A stretch of 64,000 bases of DNA from Vulcanimicrobiota bacterium (GTDB taxonomy: Bacteria; Vulcanimicrobiota; Xenobia; Xenobiales; JADMJV01). This document shows, piece after piece, positions 18,137 to 24,579 of this stretch (positions are counted from its first letter, which is position 1; every line of letters begins with the position of its first letter). The stretch is from positions 3,459,247 to 3,523,246 of the forward strand of contig JBFWNU010000001.1 in assembly GCA_050250895.1 (NCBI GenBank). Direction: 5' to 3'. The notes under the pieces were generated by a model. The model did not search any database and was not told the DNA's origin. It was given only the letters and a program-made list of their open reading frames with translations. A program made the position numbers and the translations under genes.

Positions 18137-19019
18137 TCTTGCGGATGTGTCCCGTGATGGCGAACCGGTAGTGAGAAAACTCCGGGGCGCTGGGGAAGAC
18201 GGGGCGTAGCTCATGCAGGCGCGCGCTTGGAAAAACCAGTAGGGCGTTGTCGGTGTGGACGAAAGTGGTGAAGCCGACCGGGTCGCAATCGCCGCTGGTC
18301 GTGTCTTCGTCGTAGAGGCGAAATTCGCCGCCCTGGAAGCGAGCGGGGCCTAGCTCGAAGGTGTAGACGTAACTCAAGACCCGGTCGGGGTGCTGGCTGC
18401 TGCGGTCGCGGTGGATTGGAAAGGCACCTCCGGGTCCATAACCCGTAAGCTTTCCCTCGAACCGGGCGAGGTTGAACTTGGGCACGGCCAGGTTAACCCA
18501 ATGCTCGGCGCAGATCTCCTCGAGCTGGGTGCAAATCCAATCTCTGATACCCGCCAGCGGCTGGGACCTGGTTCGTCGAAAGGAATGGTCAGCCAGGCGA
18601 AGATGGCCGCTCTCGATGGGGGTGAACTGGTCAGGCTGAGCCTGCACGTAGTTTACAAGGGCCCCGTGCAGCTCGAGGGGGAGCCATTGTTGTCGGCGGT
18701 GGAATGGGGAGGGAGCAATACCCTGGAGGGGCGGTGGACAAGCCCCTTGCAGGATGCTGAGGGCGATCGCGTTGCGCACCTTGCGGGGGTCGGCCGCCAG
18801 GGCAGCCTGGTAGTATCGCTCGGCCTCGTCTAGTTGGCCGCTACACCGAGCCAGGTGGCCGCGCAATCCAAGCACGATGGCGGGGTCGCAGTCACGGTTC
18901 TGATCGAGCCAGGCGCCCGCCCTCGCGAAGTCGCCTTGGGCCAACAAGACCCGAAAGAATTCTCGGATGTCAGGTTTTGCGGTCAAGGGGCTGGCGTTTC
19001 TGGAAGAACTCCTGGCCAT
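18126..19019 (-). CDS. 2OG-Fe(II) oxygenase-like protein with N-terminal TPR-like segment
   Basis: HxD...H facial triad candidates (FPIHRD ... ARLHELRPV) and a GGEFRLYD jelly-roll motif. The N-terminus has one or two TPR-like units. ATG at 19019 is preferred because the longer track ORF overlaps the divergent kinase gene. Confidence 0.65.
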   Translation of the reverse strand: MARSSSRNASPLTAKPDIREFFRVLLAQGDFARAGAWLDQNRDCDPAIVLGLRGHLARCSGQLDEAERYYQAALAADPRKVRNAIALSILQGACPPPLQGIAPSPFHRRQQWLPLELHGALVNYVQAQPDQFTPIESGHLRLADHSFRRTRSQPLAGIRDWICTQLEEICAEHWVNLAVPKFNLARFEGKLTGYGPGGAFPIHRDRSSQHPDRVLSYVYTFELGPARFQGGEFRLYDEDTTSGDCDPVGFTTFVHTDNALLVFPSARLHELRPVFPSAPEFSHYRFAITGHIRKTMP

Positions 19020-19062
19020 CCTCCAGGAGGAGGTTGCAGCTTCGCAGGCGCAGGTGGGTCTC

Positions 19063-19884
19063 ATGGAGCATTGGTACACTTGCCACGGCTTGTTGATTCG
19101 TTCCGAGCTAGCTTTGCCAGAACTGCGCCAGGCCAATCCTGGTGAGACCGCGCTCTCGATTGTGCAGGGCCATCTTCCCCCCGGCCGCCCAGGTCGCCAG
19201 GTCGAGGAGCAATTGGCCACGCTGCGTATCCCCGGGGTGGCCAATCTTCGCATCGCCGAGGGTCGACAGATCACCGTCGAGTTGGCTCCGCGTGCTACAG
19301 TCGAGCAGGTGCGACCCTATCTGCTAGGCACGGGTCTGGCTGCCATCGTGCATCAGAGAGGACTGCTTCCTTTGCATGCCAGCGGCCTGCTAATGGATGC
19401 ACAGGGCGTTGTGCTGGCCGGAGTCAAGGGCAGCGGTAAGTCGACTTTGGCTGCCTACGGCTTGAGTTCGGGCTACCACCCTCTTTGTGACGACGTGGCC
19501 GTGATTCGATTCTCGCCAGCGCCCGAGATCGTCGCCGGGCCCGGTCGCCTCTGGTTAAACGACGATAGCCTCGAACAAGTGGGTCGCCGACCAAGCTGCG
19601 CGATCAACAAAGGACTCAAACGCGGCCTCGATTTTGAAGCTCGCGGGGCCTATTCGATGAGCAAGATCTTCATCCTGGACCCAAAATCAAGCCAATGTGT
19701 TCGCCTGCGAGGGCTCGAAGCACTCGGGGCTCTCCACAAGTGTACCTTCAGGAAGGGCTTCATCCCCGCGCGCGGCCATGTAGAACGGCTCTGCCACCTG
19801 TGCCGCCACGTGCCCGTCTATCGCTTGGGGCGAAGTGAGGTTTGGAGCCTGTCGGACCTGCTTACGCAGGCCATTCGCACCTAG
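19063..19884 (+). CDS. HPr kinase-related kinase (HprK-related kinase A/B type)
   Basis: Start MEHWYTCHGLLIRSELALPEL. LPLHASGL followed by P-loop GVKGSGKSTLAAYG and CDDVAVI. The start is inferred from the typical N-terminus of this family. Confidence 0.75.
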   Translation: MEHWYTCHGLLIRSELALPELRQANPGETALSIVQGHLPPGRPGRQVEEQLATLRIPGVANLRIAEGRQITVELAPRATVEQVRPYLLGTGLAAIVHQRGLLPLHASGLLMDAQGVVLAGVKGSGKSTLAAYGLSSGYHPLCDDVAVIRFSPAPEIVAGPGRLWLNDDSLEQVGRRPSCAINKGLKRGLDFEARGAYSMSKIFILDPKSSQCVRLRGLEALGALHKCTFRKGFIPARGHVERLCHLCRHVPVYRLGRSEVWSLSDLLTQAIRT

Positions 19885-20015
19885 CTCGCTCTATAGAAGG
19901 CACCATCCTGGTCTTCGATGTCATAAGGGCCACCCAGGGTTGCTGCCACTACCGGCACCGGTAGGAACTTGAACTCGGGTTTCGACCAGGGTTTCTTTTT
20001 TTTAGGGTCACTCAT
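19881..20015 (-). CDS. Candidate lasso-type RiPP precursor peptide (44 aa), not in the ORF track
   Basis: My translation: ATG at 20015, TAG at 19883-19881, giving MSDPKKKKPWSKPEFKFLPVPVVAATLGGPYDIEDQDGAFYRAS. Thr at -2, Gly1, Glu7/Asp8, bulky F13/Y14/R15 and a C-terminal Ser. It is the last gene of the minus-strand tailoring operon. Confidence 0.7.
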   Translation of the reverse strand: MSDPKKKKPWSKPEFKFLPVPVVAATLGGPYDIEDQDGAFYRAS

Positions 20016-20037
20016 GTGACCACACTTCGCGGTCGAT

Positions 20038-20694
20038 TTAGTCTACCCTCTGTAGCCAACAAAAACTGTCTTCGCCACCGCTTAGAGAGCGCGAATAGCC
20101 GAACCGGGAAAAATCGCGAGCGTAGAATTCACCTACCATCTGCTCGAGTTCGGCGTCGTAAGCTTCGAATCCGAGACCCGCCGAAGCATTCGCCCTCGGC
20201 AGTCCGTCGAAGGGTAGTTGCAGGCGGCCAAAGAGCCCGGCCAGGTCTTGCTCGAGGTGTTCGAAGCGGCAGACGACATCCACGGCCAGTTCGTCTTCGA
20301 TCAACAGGGTGTCGACCATAGGCCGCAGCAGGAGACGCGCCCACTTGTCCTGGCTTGAAACCAATCGTTTGAGGACTGACCTGGGATCCTCGGGCAGCGG
20401 GGTGTCTCGATACAAGAAGGCGGCCGCCGAGAGAAAACGGCTGTAAGGATTTCGAACCACCGCGAATTTCAGATACTCATCCCAGGGGGGCAAGAAGGGC
20501 CGCAACTGGGTAGCGCTGACATGCCCGTGCCGCAGTGCGGCCAGGGCCTGCACCGGCGCGCACCGTGGTCCGAAAAGCAGGCTCTGTTCCCAGTCGGTGG
20601 CGGCCAGATGCGGTCGCAGGCTTTGACGGATCGCGTGGGAAGCCGTGCGGGGGACGGCCAGAAAGATGAACTGGTGCCGGAACGAGACGATCAA
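20038..20694 (-). CDS. Sulfotransferase (family-2-like)
   Basis: FIFLAVPRTASHAIRQSL (5'-PSB-like), VVRNPYSRFLS (3'-PB-like), RFEHLEQDL. 4-nt overlap with the upstream gene. Confidence 0.75.
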   Translation of the reverse strand: MIVSFRHQFIFLAVPRTASHAIRQSLRPHLAATDWEQSLLFGPRCAPVQALAALRHGHVSATQLRPFLPPWDEYLKFAVVRNPYSRFLSAAAFLYRDTPLPEDPRSVLKRLVSSQDKWARLLLRPMVDTLLIEDELAVDVVCRFEHLEQDLAGLFGRLQLPFDGLPRANASAGLGFEAYDAELEQMVGEFYARDFSRFGYSRSLSGGEDSFCWLQRVD

Positions 20695-21509
20695 GGCTTG
20701 GGCACCAGGTAGCCAAACCTGGCCATGGTTTGGCCGTGTTCGCGTTCGAGCAGCTCTCTTTGAGCTTCATCCAAATGATTGCGGCCGTGGCCGGCTCGGC
20801 CGCTTCGAAAGAAGCTGCCGGAACGGTGCGGACCCTCTCGAAAACCGTCGGCTTGCTCTTGTGCTTGCAGACGATCGAAGGTGGAAAACTCGATAGCTCG
20901 GGCCACTCGTTGTTCTTCGCGCGGTTGGTTCAAAAACTCGAGCGCCGAACCAAAAGTCTGGTGAGGGTGAGCCAGCAGGTCTTCGTAGCGGATCACCAGC
21001 ACCCGAAGTTCGGCAGCCAACCAGCTCTCGACATGGCCACTCCAGCTGCCTACCAGTTCTGGGACCTGCAACCCACGATTGCCCTGAGCCAGGCGATAAC
21101 CGGGGTCGGCCATCCAGCCCGTCACCCGCGCGAGACTCGCGTTGCTGTGATGGGCAAACGAGACGGCCACGTCGTGTGGGTCGCGAACGAGGTAGATGAC
21201 TCCGAAGGTCGCCTCGGGGGGAAAGAGTCTCGGTTGATAGAGATCGTGAACCTTCAAAAAGAGCGGGTCGGTGGTCTGGGCGGCCAGGTGGCGGTAGGCG
21301 ATGGCCCTCCACTCGGGAAGTTCTTCCTCGGTAGCATCCGCCGTTTTTAGTTCCAGCGTGGCATCGAGCAACGCCCGACTGCTGCCCCAGGGTAAGGTGC
21401 CCAGCGCGTTGATCGAGACCGGCACTTTGGCCTGACTGAGATAGTTGGCTAGCAAGACCCTGAGCCAGGTATTGCCGGACTTGGGATACGAGGCAAGCCA
21501 AACGATCAA
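20691..21509 (-). CDS. Sulfotransferase (Sulfotransfer_1-like, aryl/cytosolic type)
   Basis: IVWLASYPKSGNTWLRVLL (PKSGTTW-type 5'-PSB) and IYLVRDPHDVAVSFAHH (RDPRDxxVS-type 3'-PB). Confidence 0.82.
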   Translation of the reverse strand: MIVWLASYPKSGNTWLRVLLANYLSQAKVPVSINALGTLPWGSSRALLDATLELKTADATEEELPEWRAIAYRHLAAQTTDPLFLKVHDLYQPRLFPPEATFGVIYLVRDPHDVAVSFAHHSNASLARVTGWMADPGYRLAQGNRGLQVPELVGSWSGHVESWLAAELRVLVIRYEDLLAHPHQTFGSALEFLNQPREEQRVARAIEFSTFDRLQAQEQADGFREGPHRSGSFFRSGRAGHGRNHLDEAQRELLEREHGQTMARFGYLVPKP

Positions 21510-22342
21510 GAACGAATCCTTTCTGCCAGTTCGGGCAACCGACCGGCCGGCACCCTGGCTCGCCAGAACTCGAGGTCAGAACCGGCCAAGTGACTCGCTT
21601 GACGAAAGTTCTCGCTCATCAGACCCAGGGCCCTCAGACCGGAGCGCGACGGAGTGTATCTGAGCAGAACTTCAAGGCCCTCGCGCCGACTCGACCGGGT
21701 GAGCGAGATTTGCTCGCCATTCCATAGACTGAGGTCATAGACACGTCGAACGAGCACGGGTGTGCCTGGTCGGGCCGGTTTCAGATGTCGCGCCAGGTTG
21801 GGCCGGCGGACCAACCAGTCAGAACCCCTGGGTCGTCCCAGGGTGATGTAGGGTGGGCCCGGCACGAGTCGATTTTCGGCCAGCACCACCAGTTCGTCAC
21901 TGATGAAATCGCAGCCCTGCTGATGCAGCAGATCGATGAGGGTCGACTTGCCCGCCCCGGAGATACCGACAAAGATCATGCCGCCACTTGGGCCGACCAC
22001 AGCGCTGGCCTGAAGGACCGCTCTGCCGGACAGAGTCAGCAGCACACCCAAGACATTCCCTAGAAGAAACGTCTCGATATCCTGACTGGTCACTTCTGCC
22101 TCGCTCTCGACGGTGACCTGATGGTTGGGGCGGATCAAGTATCTGGCCACTTTGGGCACGTGAAGGAGTAGCAGGCCGTCGCTGGTCTCCCAGAGCGGAC
22201 CGTGGCGGCGGCCGCCTGGCAGGCGTCGGGGTACGGGGCCGCGTCGGACCGTCCAATCGGGAGCGGTGTCGGTGGGAGTCAAGCGTTGGCTGGACCAATC
22301 CAGGCCCAGGGCCAGGCCAAAAGCGTTGTAGACTTCGAGCAT
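21506..22342 (-). CDS. Second HPr kinase-related kinase
   Basis: N-terminus MLEVYNAFGLALGLD, LQASAVV, P-loop GISGAGKSTLIDLL, SDELVVL. 4-nt overlap with the downstream sulfotransferase. Confidence 0.75.
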   Translation of the reverse strand: MLEVYNAFGLALGLDWSSQRLTPTDTAPDWTVRRGPVPRRLPGGRRHGPLWETSDGLLLLHVPKVARYLIRPNHQVTVESEAEVTSQDIETFLLGNVLGVLLTLSGRAVLQASAVVGPSGGMIFVGISGAGKSTLIDLLHQQGCDFISDELVVLAENRLVPGPPYITLGRPRGSDWLVRRPNLARHLKPARPGTPVLVRRVYDLSLWNGEQISLTRSSRREGLEVLLRYTPSRSGLRALGLMSENFRQASHLAGSDLEFWRARVPAGRLPELAERIRS

Positions 22343-22354
22343 CGGTGCGCCTCG

Positions 22355-23179
22355 CTAGCCGCGCAACCGGTAGCCAAAGTTTGCCAGCAGGGCCTCACAC
22401 TCGCCGTAGACCCGGTTGAGTGTCGCCAGATCCTCGCCACTCAAGCGCCCCCACTGTTGCTCGTTCATGTTGCGCAAGGGCTCATCATAGCTTCCTTTGA
22501 CCGGTAGCTGCTGGCGCAGGTCGAGGTCGGCCAGTTGCGGCATCAAGCCGGCGATCTGGGCTTGCACCTGTTGAGGTCGGTCGCACATGTCTTCATAGCT
22601 AAAGAATGTCCCCAGATGGCCATAGCGGCGGAGATTCTCGGCTTGCGCCTCGAGACAAAGGGCCAGGTGGAGAGCGGCCAGAGCCAGGCGCTCCTGACGT
22701 TCGTAACCCGCCAGGCAAAGGCGGCGCGAGATTCCTTCGGCGGTCGCATACGGGTCGCGAACCATGAAAAGGAAGCGAGCATCCGAGAAGCTGTCCACCA
22801 GTTGGTCGACGAGCAGGAGAAAGGGCGGAGACTTCTCGACGAAGACGGTCGCCCCGGCGCTCCGTGAGAAGGCCTGAAAATACCAGGCTCGGCGAGTGGT
22901 CACCCAGTCAAAGTTGGCAGGGTTCTGAAAGGCAGCGACCCATTGTGGCCTGGTGGCCCAGATGGTGGCCGCGCCGAGGGCGCGCGAACTCGGACCGGCG
23001 AAGCCGAAAGTGTGTTGGCCTTCGCGGGGCAGGTTCCAGGTGGCCCGACTGGTGGCCAGAGCGTTTCGCAAGAATGTGCTGCCGCTATTGTTAGGGCAAA
23101 TGACAAAGAGATGATGCTCGACCAGAGTGGGCAGGTCGGCAAGCGCCCCTCGGAAGATCTTGGTGGCCCCGGATTTCAA
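22355..23179 (-). CDS. Sulfotransferase (third sequence type)
   Basis: LFVICPNNSGSTFLRNAL (P-loop-like 5'-PSB) and FLFMVRDPYATAEGISRR (3'-PB-like). Confidence 0.7.
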   Translation of the reverse strand: MKSGATKIFRGALADLPTLVEHHLFVICPNNSGSTFLRNALATSRATWNLPREGQHTFGFAGPSSRALGAATIWATRPQWVAAFQNPANFDWVTTRRAWYFQAFSRSAGATVFVEKSPPFLLLVDQLVDSFSDARFLFMVRDPYATAEGISRRLCLAGYERQERLALAALHLALCLEAQAENLRRYGHLGTFFSYEDMCDRPQQVQAQIAGLMPQLADLDLRQQLPVKGSYDEPLRNMNEQQWGRLSGEDLATLNRVYGECEALLANFGYRLRG

Positions 23180-24105
23180 AGCTCGGATAGGTTGGCCTCA
23201 GGGAAGGTCGTCGTGGCCGGGTTTCGGTTTTGGCCCGAATCCCCCCTGCTCGAGCTGTCGTGGGGGCGCACCCTTAGAGCTTGCAGGTGGGTGGACGCGT
23301 CTAGAAAGCTGCGCTGCCAACGAGCCCAGCAGTGGAGAAACCTTGGCGAGGCCAGCCCTCGCCAGAGGGCCGAACTGGACCATGGCTTGACCGGAGTATT
23401 GTAATGCAAGACCCTGGCCTGGAGCCAGGAAATACCGCTGTGGGCCGAGATGGTCTGGGCGTGGAGTAGTAGATAATTGAATTCACAGCCGACCAGGGTT
23501 TGCTTGCCCTGGAGCAGCCGATTGAGAACCAGTTGGTCGGTGTGCGGTTGCTCGACGCCGGACCAGGTGTCGGGCCTCAGCAAACCCAGCGCCGCCTGAT
23601 AGGTTGATGGTTCGAATTGGCTCGGATCGACCACCATGAATCCCGAGTTGAAGGTGTTCTTCAAGCTGCCGCCGGCCAGCGGCGAGTAGGTCACCGGGTC
23701 GCGAGGCAGACCTCGGTAGTAGGCACCGTCTCCGGCACAAAGGAGGGGACCCGTGTGGTCCAGGACGGGCTCGATCGAATCAAGAAAGAGCAGGTCGCTG
23801 TCGCAGAAGAACAGGCGTTCATAGCGGGTCCACCGGAAGAGTTCCAAAGAATAGAAACGAGCCTTGCGATCGTTTAACTCAGGCCGAGCCAGGACCAACT
23901 CGCCCACCTGTGCTTGAAGTTCGCGGCTGACCGGCACCAACCGGGCCCCGGTAGCTTTTTCGAGCAATCTGCGCGAAGAACCGGGCAGACGGTGATGCAG
24001 CACCAGGATGTCTCCGCCGAACCAGGGGTTATGGCGGCGGAAGGAGTGGAGCATCACCAACGTGCCTAGCACAAAGCTCTGACTGGTGACGGTAATCAGG
24101 GCCAT
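23176..24105 (-). CDS. Glycosyltransferase family 8-like
   Basis: ITVTSQSFVLGTLVMLHSF, DxD (FFCDSDLLFLD), FNSGFMVVD. Start MALITV at 24105 is preferred; alternatives at 24120 and 24162. Confidence 0.72.
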   Translation of the reverse strand: MALITVTSQSFVLGTLVMLHSFRRHNPWFGGDILVLHHRLPGSSRRLLEKATGARLVPVSRELQAQVGELVLARPELNDRKARFYSLELFRWTRYERLFFCDSDLLFLDSIEPVLDHTGPLLCAGDGAYYRGLPRDPVTYSPLAGGSLKNTFNSGFMVVDPSQFEPSTYQAALGLLRPDTWSGVEQPHTDQLVLNRLLQGKQTLVGCEFNYLLLHAQTISAHSGISWLQARVLHYNTPVKPWSSSALWRGLASPRFLHCWARWQRSFLDASTHLQALRVRPHDSSSRGDSGQNRNPATTTFPEANLSEL

Positions 24106-24197
24106 TCGCGAATGGGCCATAGGGTCAGGTTGGCTGGAAGCGGCCTTCGTCCCTTTGAACAACCGGGCAGCGATTCTGCAATCAGGGCGGTTAGACC

Positions 24198-24311
24198 TCA
24201 GCTCATCGCTTCGGAGATCTGGTTTTCGATCAGCCAGATGAGAATAGGATCCGGCCGGGTCGGGACTTCTAGACCCTGGTTACTGAATTGGTCCGTGCCA
24301 AGAACAAACAT
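24198..24311 (-). CDS. Small ORF (37 aa) with SD; speculative second peptide
   Basis: AGGAGG, 4 nt, then ATG at 24311: MFVLGTDQFSNQGLEVPTRPDPILIWLIENQISEAMS, ending in Ser. It is the first ORF of the minus-strand operon. No family recognised and it could be spurious. Confidence 0.25.
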   Translation of the reverse strand: MFVLGTDQFSNQGLEVPTRPDPILIWLIENQISEAMS

Positions 24312-24579
24312 GCGTCCTCCTGTGGGTTGCTTGCCTATCCACTGTCTCGTACGCGGTCTCCCTGGCAAACCCGATCCCGGATGGCATGGCTCCATCCGGC
24401 GGGGGAGCAACCGGCGGACCCACCCACCGATGGCGAACATGTTAGGAAACGTTCGATGTTACAAACTTTTTACGATTCTTCCATTGCCTCAAGATCCTTC
24501 AGGCAGTAGAGTAGTGAGGTGGGGGCGTATCGATGGCCACGCGCGCGGGTGGCCCTGACTTGAGAGGAAAGACAAACAC

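Larger units (their letters stand above)
15161..24311. other. Lasso-peptide-like RiPP biosynthetic gene cluster with sulfotransferase, kinase, glycosyltransferase and oxygenase tailoring genes
   Basis: Contiguous genes described individually below. Boundaries are set by tRNA-Ser plus its terminator on the left and an AT-rich roughly 270-470-bp intergenic region on the right. Confidence 0.7.
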
